From Podarcis tiliguerta (taxonomy: Eukaryota): a stretch of 64,000 nucleotides of DNA. Shown piece after piece: positions 1 through 12,126 of the stretch; positions within the stretch are counted from its first letter, which is position 1, and each line of letters begins with the position of its first letter. Location of the stretch: assembly GCA_965153285.1 (NCBI GenBank), contig OZ229116.1; one strand, 5' to 3'. Below the pieces are notes generated by a model. That model was given only the letters and a program-made list of their open reading frames with translations, made no database searches and was not told the origin of the DNA. The position numbers and the translations under genes are program-made.

Positions 1-942
1 TTCATGTAGGATTGTGATGGGCTCATTATCTTTGCAATTCTGGACTTTCAGCCAAGCACCACCAACTACAGATAACATTTCTTCCATGTTTCTGAGTCTC
101 ACCTTCTCCATAGCCAGAGTCTCTCCGAAATGCCTGTGTTAGATCCTCAAGGATTCCTTTAAATAGCGTGGGAGCCCCAGGTGTTTTAAGAAAGGACTAT
201 CTCAAATGACAACTGCTTTTCATGCGAGAGCCCTGAGAAAACCCTGAGAGGGTTTTCAGATTGTTAATTTTTCAAAAATTAATATAACTAGGCCTGCATC
301 ATTGTCTCATGGCTAACCATGACAGTTGCCTTTTGTGTCCTTTGGGTGACAAAATCACTTGCAATAATAGGATGAGTAATTATGAAAGGAAGCCTGTTTG
401 CCTATTTCCTTGCCAACAGAAAGATTGTTTCCTGCCCTTCCTCATGTCTTGTCAAATCTATCTGGAGCAATGGGACAATTCATTTTCTTCCCCGGGAAAT
501 TACTCCAAAACTGTAACAATCTCAGCATTTACCATACTTTCTGGTGTTCGGTATTTATCTTCTACCGCTGTGCTGAAAAATTCTACATTTTCTTTTTACC
601 TTTCTCCGTCAATTAATGCGAAAAGACATTGCATTAAAAAATGATTCACAGGGAGAGAACATTTCGGTGAAATCCTCCTGGATGGGGTGTGAGGTTTCTG
701 TTGCATCTTACATTCAAGAAGGAAGAGAGATTTTGTGAATGTCCTTTTTTTCATTCTCTCCCTCCCTTTTTTTCAAGTCATCTCCCTCATGGTCTGCAGC
801 CTTCCTGGGTGTGCATGCTTCCTGAAGACCCCATGACATCCTTGGCTGGGCTTTCATGAAAGTGTGGGAAGATGGGGGGGGCTGCTTACCATACTCCCAG
901 GGCATGTCCATACCTGCCTCTCAGGGGATCCTTGCTCATTGC

Positions 943-1323
943 TTGGGATAGAGCTGAAACCTAATTCAGTTTGCATTTAAAGGTAATTTCCAAACCAACA
1001 CACACACCCCCTTCAAAATTTACACTTTTCTGAATTTTGCAAAGCAAAGGAATGCAGTTCTCCAGCCAAGGAATGCATAATAAAATGCATATACTAAAGT
1101 AAGGTGTGCATTGAAATGCATGTATTAGTGAAAACAACATTTGAAATGCATTATATTAAGGGAAATAGCTTTGCAAAAACATGTTTATTAAAGGAAATTA
1201 CAGACAAACTTGCATATATTAGGGATTTTAAAAAAAAAATCTGATGTGAAAGTGTGGAGAACTGAATTTATGGGAAAATGAGAAATGGAGAGAAAACAGC
1301 ATAGACCTATTCACCCATCCCTG
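943..1323. mobile_element. Old non-autonomous hAT-like element (TAGGGATGGG-ended family), copy 1
   Basis: Degenerate TIR (ttgggatag...cccatccctg). Internal sequence is homologous to the copies at 6884, 10914, 28776, 34885 and 59966. Confidence 0.7.
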
Positions 1324-1384
1324 CTGCTGCTGCCTGACTGAATGCCTTTACAGCATTATGGTTGATGCTGGCAACCAAAATGCT

Positions 1385-2256
1385 GCACAAAACAACCCCT
1401 CTGTAGCGGCACATATCCAACTCAATGGTGTAACATTGGAAAATGTCAGTCACTTCTCCTACCTGGGCAGTTATCTTTCCACAAGGGCAGACATTGATGC
1501 CAAAATCCAGCATCAACTGAGCTCTGGGAGTGCAGCTTTCTCCCCCTTGAAGTGCAGAGTGTTTGAGGACCAGGACATTCGAGGGAAATCAAATGCTTGT
1601 TTACAAAGCTATTGTACTACCAACCTTACTGTATGCTTGTGAAATGTGGACCACTTACGAACGCCATTTCTATCTCCTCGAAAGATTCTGTCAACTGTGT
1701 CTCCAAAAAATTCTACACATCACTTGGGAAGGCAGGCAAACTAATGCCACCATACTAGAAGAAGCAAAGATCACCAGTGTCAAAGCAATGATTCTTCAAC
1801 ATCAACTTCTTTGGATTGGTCATGTTGTGCGGATGCCTGATTATCGTCTTCCAAAGCAACTACTCTATTCCAAACTTTAAAATGGTAAGCGGAATGCTGG
1901 TGGTCAACAAAAGAGGTTCAAAGACTCTCAAGGCAAATCTTTTAAAATGTAGTATAAGCACCGACAACTGGGAAACACTGGCCTGTGAGAGCTCTAATTG
2001 GAGAACAGCCTTTACCAAAGGTGTCATGGGCTTTGAAGACACTTGAACGCAGGACGAAAGGGAGAAACATGCTAAGAGGAAGGCATGCTTGGCAAACCCT
2101 GACCATGATCAACTCCCTCCAGGAAACCTATGTCCCCACTGTGGAAGGACGTGTGGCTCCAGAATTGGCCTCCACAGTCACTTAGGGACCCACTGTTAAA
2201 ACCATGTTTATGGAAGACAATCTTACTCGGCTATGAGTGATCACCAAAGAAAGAAG
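1385..2256 (+). mobile_element. 5'-truncated, decayed RTE-clade LINE (RT C-terminus, C2H2 finger, 3' end)
   Basis: Frameshifted translation IQLNGVTLENVSHFSYLGS...VYKAIVLPTLLYACEMW...LLWIGHVVRMPDYRLPKQLLY...CPHCGRTCGSRIGLHSHLGTH is typical of the RTE ORF. Ends in a (gaa)-like tail. Confidence 0.92.
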
Positions 2257-3064
2257 CTTCCAGGGTTGCTGTGAATGTGTCTGTCACTTCTACATCATAT
2301 ATATGTTTTCTGGTTGTAGACATGCATTGGATATGGTGACTATTCCACTGAGATAGCAGGTGGCATATCTTTGGTCTCAAGTGCACTGTAGGTATGGGAT
2401 TGCTCTGCCTATGTAAGAGTTAATTATGCCTCCCAAGCAATAATAAAGGCTGATTTAGATTGGAACCTTGCTTGCTGCATGCGGAGTTGATTAAAAACCC
2501 AACCTTGCACATTGTGACTACAATACAGAAGACTCTGTATACACACGGACTCCATCTGGAGTTTATGGAACAACAAAAACTCCACTCCCACACAGCTGAG
2601 TTTTCATTTCACATAGCAGGCAATGGAAACACCCTCCTGGAACAAAGTTAGCAAGTCAGGATTACATTTTTTAATGCACATCAGCAGGGCAAAATAATTT
2701 CATCCACTATGTATTTCCCTCCACCTCTTTCCATCCCAGATTCCCAAATCTCTTATCACTAGGTTAAATTGAACAGGTGTGTGCAATGAAGGTGTGGTTA
2801 TAAAGATAGGAATGTTGGATAATTTTAATAAACTATTAATAAACTTGTTATCGTTCCTGAGCATTGCCCTCTGGAACAACAGAGAATGACTTTGCAGGTG
2901 ATTTGTTACCTCATTTCAAGACGCATCTGCTGAAATTCCCTTTACAGCAATTAAAGGTGAAATCCCCAAGGCTATGAGGATGCTGCAAATCTATAGCAGG
3001 AGCACAAACAAGTACAGTATATGGTCTTGGCCAGAGGATTCAGACTCCTGAAAACCTCAGATTC

Positions 3065-3066
<2 letters not shown>

Positions 3067-3096
<30 letters not shown>
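3067..3096. repeat. (CT)n microsatellite
   Basis: Direct read. Confidence 0.95.
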
Positions 3097-3099
<3 letters not shown>

Positions 3100-3205
3100 C
3101 AACTGCACAATTGTGAATATTGGTTTGAAACTGACTGAGGAATGTCTGGTGACATCTCAGGTGCCAGAGGTTTCCAATGGCAGGAGTTAGGCTTGCATCC
3201 AATGT

Positions 3206-3564
3206 TGTTGTTGTTTAATCATTTAGTCATGTCCAACTCTTCATGGCCCCATGGACCAGAGCACGCCAGGCACTCCTGTCTTCCACTGCCTCCCGCAGTT
3301 TGGTCAAACTCATGTTGGTAGCTTTGAGAACACTGTCCAACCATCTCATCCTCTGTCGTCCCCTTCTCCTTGTGCCCTCCATGTTTCCCAACATCAGGGT
3401 CTTTCCCAGGGAGTCTTCTCTTCTCATGACGTGGCCAAAGTACTGGAGCCTCAGCTTCAGGATCTGTCCTTCCAGTGAGCACTCAGGGCTGATTTCCTTA
3501 ATAATGGGTAGGTTTGATCTTCTTGCAGTCCATGGAACTCTCAAGAGTCTCCTCCAGCACTATA
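3206..3564 (-). mobile_element. BovB LINE 3' fragment
   Basis: Translation RVPWTARRSN..IKEISPECSLEGQILKLRLQYFGHVMRREDSLGKTLMLG..RRRGRQRMRWLD. (CAA)n tail. ~12-bp TSD tg(c/t)atccaatgt at 3194-3205 and 3565-3576. Confidence 0.96.
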
Positions 3565-3767
3565 TGTATCCAATGTAGCACTATGTAAACATCCCATCAA
3601 CACAAAGATTTACACTTGCCCAACAGAAATACCGCACCCCACTCCTCCACTTGTGTGCACCCCACAACCTCCCCAAATATTCTCTGGAGAGTTGGGGGGA
3701 CCCAGAACATGCATTTGGGGAAAGTCCTGATGTGAAAGCATAAATTCTTGCACTGTTGAGAGAGTTA

Positions 3768-3934
3768 CCGCATTTTTCCATCTATAAGACGCCCCCATGT
3801 ATAAGATGACCCCTATTTTTGGGGACTCATATTTAAGAAAATGAGGGAAGATGTATCTGTGTATAAGACACCCCCTAATTTTTGACATTACTTTTTAGGG
3901 GGGAAAACCTAGTCTTATACATGGAAAAATACGG
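3768..3934. mobile_element. Tc1/mariner (Tc2-like) MITE
   Basis: TIRs ccgcatttttccatctataagac / gtcttatacatggaaaaatacgg, flanked by TA on both sides. Confidence 0.85.
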
Positions 3935-4388
3935 TATTTTGTGCTCTATTGGGTACTATTGGGCCTAAGTCTTCAATGTTTCTTGGTTCTAACCATGACT
4001 ATCAGAAGCAGAATAAATTGTGCAAAATGTGAGGGGGGGAATGCATAATTTATTCAGGTGGGGAAACCCAAAATTCTCCTTTACGGAGACAAACAGTAAT
4101 CCTTTAAATGTTCTTGCCTTCTATTGCAGCTGGTCAGCCTTGACCTTAACGGTGGTTCTCTTGTGTTATACAGTTGAGAATGAGAGCAGAAACAGAGTGC
4201 TATGTCTGTGATCAAGAGTGGCACCTGTGAATTATTGGGTGCAGGTCTGCATTCCTAGTGTGGAGGAGCTGTGGCCCTTCAGACCTCAATTCCCATCAGC
4301 CCCAGCCAGCATGGTCAGGGATGATGGGGTTTGTAGTCTAGCAACACCTGGAAGCTGGCTGCTTTCCCAAGCCGTCTTAAAGAGCATA

Positions 4389-4647
4389 CCGTATTTTTTG
4401 CTCTATAAGACTCACTTTTTCCCTCCTAAAAACTAAGGGGAAATGTGTGTGCGTCTTATGGAGCGAATGCAGGCTGCACAGCTATCCCAGAAGCCAGAAC
4501 AGCAAAAGGGATTGCTGCTTTCACTGCGCAGCGATCCCTCTTGCTGTTCTGGCTTCTGAGATTCAGAATATTTTTTCCCTTGTTTTCCTCCTCCAAAAAC
4601 TAGGCACGTCTTGTGGTCTGGTGCGTCTTATAGAGCGAAAAATATGG
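4389..4647. mobile_element. Tc1/mariner (Tc2-like) MITE
   Basis: TIRs ccgtattttttgctctataagac / gtcttatagagcgaaaaatatgg. TA TSD. Confidence 0.85.
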
Positions 4648-5511
4648 TACATCTCATCAGATTTCCTCAAGAAATCCCCTAATGTCTTACACTCCTCTTG
4701 GATTTAAAAAATGCATTTGGATTTTAGGGAGGTGGGTGTTTCAAGGAAAACTGTCCCTGGTGCTCCATGATTGCTGTTTTGGATCATGGCCTATAAGTCT
4801 ATTTCTGTCCATCTGCCATCCATCCCAATGTATATGCTACACAGCCCAGTATCGTGATTACTACAGCAATGGTTGTGTGTGTATATACTAGCTAATTTTT
4901 TTACTTGGCAGAGTCGTAGATAGCAGAAGCAAGTGCATATGTCCATATTTTACTCTGCAATTATACAACTGGATGAAATATACAAAAGCGCGTTATATTT
5001 AAGTCTTTGTGTGGGGAGGTTAATAGCCAATGCAAATATTATTCTCTGGAAATTCCAGGCAGATTTAAGGGCAAGGCAGGAATTTATGCTCTGAGCATCA
5101 AGTGCTGACTCACTGTTCTTCCGCCACTATGGTTTCCTACACATACACAATGAAAACATGATTAAAAGAACATTGCATATCCTTCTCTGACAGCTGTGAT
5201 ATTGGGACATAAAGCATAAGCAACATCCATGTGGTGGCCCGTATAAATTGCACCAGATTGGGGGGGGGGGGGAATGCTTGTCTGTTGTGATTGCCATATG
5301 GAAAAGTTTGCATTCACCACACTTCTGAATACCCACATCTAAGCAACACTGGCTTAGTGGTAACGTTACACTTCTTCATGTGGTATATTGCAACAGATGG
5401 CTTGCCACATGTAGGGTGTCTAACTCCTGGGGGTGAGGCAGGCCTGCATGCGCTAAGCCAATGCAACCAGCTACAGCATGCGCTTACACATTTCCTGCCG
5501 CCAAGCTAGAC

Positions 5512-5914
5512 TAGGGTTACCAGACTTCCACGGTTTCCGGGGACAGTCCCCGGATTTGCAAATCTGTCCCCGGACAAATTCCTTCCCTGGAATGTCCCCA
5601 GATTTGCAAATCTGTCCCCGGGAAACATGGCAGCGGCAGCCTCAGTAGCCCAGAGCCAACCTGGTAGCACAACACATCATATGGGGACTTCTGGAGAGGA
5701 AAATGGCAGGCGCCACAGCAGCGAGCAGCTCCTGAAGGCAGCCAGAGCCGACTGCGCTCCCAGGCTGGCTCCAGGCTGCTGGCTGCCACTGCCACCACCA
5801 CTGCCAAAGGGGAACTGGGGACATCCAGCAGTACAGATCTCCTGCCCCCTTCCCCCTTTGTTTTGACTGATGGGGGAGGCTTGGGAGTTGCGGGCGGGCA
5901 TTATGGTAACCATA
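5512..5914. mobile_element. Non-autonomous hAT element (TAGGGTTACCA ends, Tip100-like)
   Basis: TIR tagggttacca / tggtaaccata. Perfect 8-bp TSD agctagac (5504-5511, 5915-5922). Subterminal gtcccc(g/a)gatttgcaaatct repeats. Confidence 0.9.
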
Positions 5915-6007
5915 AGCTAGACCATCCATACTTAATATCCTGCAACATAATCCAAGCCACAATCAGAAAGCATTGGGGAAAACCCACGTGCTGATCAGAT
6001 CACAGAG

Positions 6008-6159
6008 CAGTGGCGTAGCGTGGGGGGTGCAGGGAGGGCCGGGCGCAACATCTGGGGGGGCGCTCGCACTTGCAGCTCTCTGAGTGCTAAAATCCACGGG
6101 TTAGGGGGCGCAAATTACTTGCCTTGCCCCGGGTGCTGACAACCCACGCTACGCCACTG
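6008..6159. mobile_element. hAT MITE
   Basis: 17-bp perfect TIR cagtggcgtagcgtggg. Perfect 8-bp TSD tcacagag (6000-6007, 6160-6167). Confidence 0.93.
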
Positions 6160-6883
6160 TCACAGAGAATAGCTGTGAACCACCCTGATATTCTGTGAAC
6201 CACCCTGAGACCCCCAGGTATAGGGCAGAATATAAATTCAATAAAGAATAATAATAATGATGTCCTATACAGCCATTATACCCATTACATGATGAAAGAC
6301 TTAAACGTCTGGAAACCATTTCCCCCATTTTACAGATGGGAAACACTGAGATTAGTCCCAAGAACAATGAATGACTAAGATCACACAAGGACCTCAGACC
6401 AAGCACATGCATGCATCATATTGCGAAGAAATTAAGAATGTAGACAACAGGGGATCCAGAACTCTTGCTATCTTTCTAACACTCTCCCAACTGTCCTCCC
6501 CAAAACATGACCTGGCTATTTCTTCCTGCCACTGGGTTAGCAATGGCTACCATATTACTCTCTACCACCACTGCTCAGGCTCATCCTTGATGCCAGGCTG
6601 GGGCCACACCAGATGGGTTGGCTGATGGCCATGTCAGGCTGAGTCATCTCAGGCAGAAGCCAAGCTGGGCTGGCAGCTGTGGAGACTTATTTGGGTGTAA
6701 GCCCCATTGAACTGTGTGGATCTTACTGTTGCAGGATTCTGCTGTAAGTATTCCCAAAATAAGGGAGAGCTGGCTAGCCAGCCAGGCAGGCAAGAGGATT
6801 ATGAGCTGAGGAGTAAACGTCAGCATTTTGCATAGCAAGTGAATGCCTGCTTGGTGAAAAATGCCCCTTTCCCAGTTGGTTGC

Positions 6884-7186
6884 TAGGAATGGGTGATTCT
6901 GTCGATTTTAGTTTCTAGTTCTTCCAGTTTTACATTCATTTCTCCACATTTCAACATCAGTTTGCTTTTTTAAAAAGTCCTCATCAAAATTCACTTTCCT
7001 TTCTCCTAGCACGCACATTTTTGTTTGAAATTTTCCCAGTATGCACACTTTTGCAAAGCAGTTTTCCCTAACAGAATGCATCGCTGCCGTGGCACCCACC
7101 ATTTTTCCTCTCCAGAAGTCCCCATGTTGCATGTTACTTTCACACATTATGTATTTTTATGCTCACTGTATGCTACCATGCGCATA

Positions 7187-7235
<49 letters not shown>

Positions 7236-7383
7236 TGCTTGCCTGGGAAACTGCATTGCAAAATTTGGAAAAGTGCAAATTTTGAAGAGTGGCAGTTTTT
7301 TGGTTGGTGCATCACTTCAGAAAGCGGAAACTGAGAAGGGGCATCTTTAATTGTGAACCGGATTTAATTCCTCCCCATCCTTA
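6884..7383. mobile_element. hAT-like TAGGGATGGG family, copy 2, with internal (TG)n at ~7188-7233
   Basis: TIR taggaatggg / cccatcctta. 8-bp TSD ttggttgc / gtggttgc. Confidence 0.85.
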
Positions 7384-9436
7384 GTGGTTGCAAGAGGCAA
7401 ATTGTGAATCCCTGGAGGTCACGGATTTCTCCTGCGATTGGCAAAAGTGCTTGCAATCCCGAAATAAGTCATGAGCGGTGTGTATGTGTGTATGAAATTG
7501 CAAGTACACTTGAGCCCTGTGTTAAAGACAGCACCAAATCCATATTGCCCTTTGAAGGTTTATGGAAAGTCAGTGCATGTGCAATTGCGGTGTTGTTTTT
7601 CCTCCAGCACAGGAGTTCCCAGGATAACACAGATGTCATATGCAATTAAATTAATGTTGTGGGCACAGCTGCTTTGTCAAATAAAGTAAGATAAAAGGAA
7701 ACAATTACCTAATTGAAGAGAATATTTTATTTACCTTGTTGGACAACTTACAGCATGTTGACTCATCCAGTGCCAACGGGGTTTTTTCCTCTCCCCCTCC
7801 TTATGTGTAAAGTCAGGTTTTGCTTATACACATGAACTGCTGGGAAGCATTATCTAAAATGATGAAGTGAAGGAAGTGAGGCAGACAAGAACATTTTGCA
7901 AAGAAAACATTGCATGTCCCACCCCCCCTCCCCACTTCTCTTCCTCACCTTCTTCATAGCTTTCGTTTGATTGTTCTCAAGCTATTAAATGGAATTCGGG
8001 AAATTCAAACAGTCTTCTCTACTGTTCAGCTTGAATACCATAAACCATATCGCTTGGTAAAGAAAGCCATACTTCAGGACCCCACAATGAGGTATCTATT
8101 ACCAGGAGCTGGAAGAAAATGTTCTTTTAATTGGCTACATTTATCTTTAATCCCTGTTTTGACAGAAAGTCTAGCATAACCATATATTACAAATACAAGT
8201 CCCTCTCAAACGCTGGTTCATTTTTATGTTTGACAGAGTCATTTAGAAAAAAGAGAGAGAACGTTGACCTTTTTGGAACCTGGAACGGGGGTTTGGGGCG
8301 AAGGAGAGAGAAATATCTGAATGTGATGTCATTGCAAGGGAGAGGTTTTTTTAAAAAAAGACACAACGGTGGCATCTGTGCGCAAAGTACAAAACAATTC
8401 TTAAAATGGCTCCTTGAAAGTGGCAATAAAACACTAATAAGACCTTTGGGCCTTTTGCTGAGGCAGCTGCAAAAATCACGTTAAGTAATTTCTATAACTA
8501 CTACAGTCATTATAAAACTGATTAAAGTTTACCTACATTTAATTCCTAGAGTGTTTGGAATGAGAACTGAGGAGCCAGATGTGTATGGATCTTGCATGAT
8601 GGATATATTCCATCAAGCATAGCTGTTGTCATGGAAACAACAGGATAAACATGATCTTTAGTGTCTTATTTCTTCACAAAACAGTTCATTTATTTGTCGC
8701 TGCCAATCTAAGCAACGTTCACAGGAATATTCCTTTAAAGGTCATTTTCTCCTCACCCAGAACTCAAGTGTTTTGAACTCAGTGCAACATTTTAAGAACA
8801 ATTTAGCTTTATAGCTTGTCTTTAGATTGATGTAACAGCCAGTCTCCCTTCTCCACCTCCGCCTCCACCCAAAAGAGTCCTGCTGGAGCTTGTAATCGTT
8901 CTGTTTCAATCAGATTGGCTTGCTCCTTCCTATCACACCGAAACAATAAACTGCAGTGGAATTTATGTAAATAAATAGAAGAACCGAGGCTCATTTCTCT
9001 CCCTCCTTGACAATGGAATGATGATGGGAAAGATATGGAAGAGAGATGAAAGGGAGAAGATCATTATAAAAGCTGTGCACAAACCATAGACCTCATCAGA
9101 AATTACTGGACCTCTTATATATGGGGGCATGTGTTCATTTTGCCCCAAATAAAAGCGGACATTGTAAACAGTAGCCAACAGTAGCTGCCAATATTTCCAA
9201 AGGGCTATTAGATTATCTGCCATTCAAGGACCTACATTCGACAAGCATGACAACATGGGGTGTGCAGTGCACCACACAGTTCAGAGCAAAATCCACACAG
9301 GTTTAAAGGGCTCATTTAACAGAAGGTGGCTACAGCATTCACTGGATGACATGGTGTTTCTGGGTTCTGAAATGAGTCCTTAAATCAGGCCAGCCATTGA
9401 CTCTCTTTGGCCTCAAAGAGCAACAAAGGTTTCTAG

Positions 9437-10193
9437 ATTCAGGTAGGTAGCCGGGTTGGTCTGACGCGGTCGAAATAAAATTTAAAAAATTAAAAAATTG
9501 TCCAGTAGCACCAGAACAAACCAACAAAGTTTGTTCTGGGTATAAGCTTTTGTGTGCATGCACACTTCCTTCAGATACACTGAAACAGAAGTCACCAGAC
9601 CCTTATATATAGTGGGAGGGTGGGGTGGGTCTGAATAGAGATTTTGGATTTTTGTCTCATTACATATGCTAAAGCTATTTTCGGTCATCTACATACTATC
9701 ACTTGCTTTTCTCTGTAGGACTAATTGCAGTTGTTAAGTGTCGTTAACAGGTTTACCATACCCATTGAGTCAATCACCCATCTCCTACCACCCTTCTGGG
9801 GAAAAACCCCACCCCACCCTCCCACTATATATAAGGGTCTGGTGACTTCTGCTTCAGTGTACAGTGGTACCTCAGGTTACAGACGCTTCAGGTTACATAC
9901 ACTTCAGGTTACATACGCTTCAGGTTACAGACTCCGCTAACCCAGAAATAGTACCTCGGGTTCAGAACTTTGCTTCAGGATGAGAACAAAAATCGCATGG
10001 CGGCGGCACAGCGGCAGTGGGAGGCTCCATTAGCTAAAGTGGTACCTGAGGTTAATAACAGTTTCAGGTTAAGAATGGACCTCCAGAACGAATTAAGTTC
10101 TTAACCCGAGGTACCACTGTATCTGAAGAAGTGTGCATGCACATGAAGGCTTATACCCAGAATATACTTCGTTGGTCTCTAAGGTGCTACTGG
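9437..10193. mobile_element. Penelope-like element remnant with two inverted pLTR ends
   Basis: 14-bp TSD acaaaggtttctag (9423-9436, 10194-10207). Minus-strand pLTR end 9437-~9629. Plus arm begins with ORF end GLNRDFGFLSHYIC* (9628-9672), then TATA (9826-9834), a hammerhead-like motif and the ggtctctaaggtgctac terminus. Confidence 0.9.
9862..10119. mobile_element. Tigger/pogo-like MITE family A, nested in the Penelope pLTR
   Basis: TIR cagtggtacctc(a/g)ggtta. TA TSD. Homologous to 53337, 55848 and 57956. Confidence 0.92.
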
Positions 10194-10913
10194 ACAAAGG
10201 TTTCTAGGTCAGGCTGGAATATTGCAGGGTGACAAGAAGTCTCTGCTGACTCATGAGTCTTAGCTCTCACACATGATTTCTGTCCCTCGTTTTATGGCTG
10301 CCTGTGGCCCAGCAATGGCAAAACATGGGTGAAGAGGGCCAGCACCTTCCATTTCCCCAGCATATAACAGGTTGCCATTTCCAGTTGGAAAAGCACCAGC
10401 ATAATGCCCTCTCTGCAACCCTAACCAAATGAAAAGAGGGGCTTCCATGTCCTGCACCAGCTGAAGCGTCTGGGAAATCACCAAGCAGGGCATGTCACAG
10501 AGCACAGGGCAGATATATATTTTTAAACCATCTGTGCCTGGAAATATATGCAAGGAAATGATGATTTATTTCCATTTTGTGAGCTTTGATTCTGTTGGCA
10601 GGGGTACCCAATGGCAGTGTTAGAAAGGGGCTTGTTCTTGCGATTTGTCATTCGCAGGAATCAAACTAGAGTGAGAATTCTTGCACTCCCCTTACTTTGT
10701 GATTTATACACACACATCAGTCACTTAGACATTATTGCGTGGCACAATAAACCTGCTACTCTCTCTGACATTGACCTCACACAGTGACATCATGCTATGT
10801 TCATATCCCAACATGTTGCAGGAACTCCTAGCTAATACCACTGTTTGAGCCACTGGACTAGAGCAGCAATTCCAGCAGAGCTTTAGGGCATCTTGGACAA
10901 AGTGAACTCTGGC

Positions 10914-11416
10914 TAAGGATGGACAAATCCAGCCATTTCAGTTTCTCATTTTCCTGATCTTAAGTTCAGTCCATGTCATTGTAAAACATTTCGCACCAGA
11001 AAAAGTTGGCATGAAAATTCATATCCATTTTCATACACATTTTCATATATTATTATTAGTTATTAAATTTCTATACCGTCCCTCATTCGAGGATCATGAG
11101 GAGTTTATAATATAGAAACACAAAAAAATACATACTATAGATTTTTAAATTATAAACACACACAAACACACAATTTTGCCTACTATAAACATTACTGCAA
11201 ACAATTTCAGCGTAATAGAATGCATTTTTGTATGTAATTTCCCCTAATATACACATTTTTGTATGCATTCTTTGGTTGGTGAACTGCATGACAAAATTCA
11301 GAGAAGAGAGAATTTAAAAGGAGAATCGTATTTCAATCTGCATATTGGTTCAGGAAGTGCTAATTTAGGGAAGCTCATGACAAAATGCTAACTAATGAAT
11401 TTCTCCTCCATCTGAA
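10914..11416. mobile_element. hAT-like TAGGGATGGG family, copy 3
   Basis: Starts taaggatgga. 8-bp TSD actctggc / actctgga. Confidence 0.82.
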
Positions 11417-11453
11417 ACTCTGGAGATCTGCCACCCACCGGTGTGCCCTAGAG

Positions 11454-11589
11454 CAGTGTTCCCCAACCTTGGGCCTCCAGCTGTTTTTGGACTACAATTC
11501 CCATCATCCTTGACCACTGGTCTTGCTAGCGAGGGATGATGGGAGTTGTAGTCCAAAAACAGCTGGAGGCCCAAGGTTGGGGAACACTG
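11454..11589. mobile_element. Palindromic hAT (Charlie-like) MITE
   Basis: Nearly fully palindromic 136 bp with cagtgttcccc ends. Perfect 8-bp TSD ccctagag. Confidence 0.93.
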
Positions 11590-12052
11590 CCCTAGAGGAC
11601 TTACATTGCAGTGTGAGCAACAATGGGAAGCAGCAGTTATTGTGAACTGCCCTGATATCTACAGATGAAGAGCAGTATACACATTTAATAAATAATAATA
11701 ATAATATTCTGAACTGAGTCAGTCAGCTGGGTCTTGCCACCATTTGATTTTCAAAACAACAATAAACAAACCTATGGTCACGTAAAGCATACTCAATAAA
11801 CACACAAGACATAACCGGCTGTGTTTTTAGATAAATAAGGTATACTATTCATGTATCAAATCATAAATTTCAACGGACGTAACTCATAAAGTTCAACAAA
11901 CAAACAAAGCAGAAGACCCAGTGGATCAGATCATTCTCTAGTCAGTTCATGCATAAGGTCCATCCGTGTAATAGTGTCTATTCCACCTGTCTGTTCATAA
12001 GGTCCAAACAATCCACATGAAAGGTTGTAGCAGTTCCACAGAATCCTTTCAC

Positions 12053-12126
12053 AGAGTCTAAGACAAGGATTTCCAGAATATTGGCCTTGTTTCGCCGTCC
12101 TGGGCTTCATCAGTAGTTAAAGCTCT
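12053..12126 (-). ncRNA. Type I hammerhead ribozyme motif
   Basis: Minus strand reads AGAG-CUUUAA-CUA CUGAUGA A GCC-CAGGAC-GGC GAAA CAAGG...CCUUG UC^U UAG-A-CUCU. Core CUGAUGA, GAAA and GUC are intact. Stem III is 6 bp, stem II 3 bp, and stem I has an internal loop. Confidence 0.8.

Noticed and set aside
7778-7825. Second ENE/MALAT1-like pattern gggg-tttttt-cct...agg-tttt-gctt
   Set aside because: The upper stem is only 3 bp, the lower stem is mostly G-U, and there is no adjacent A-rich tract or tRNA-like element. Compatible with chance.
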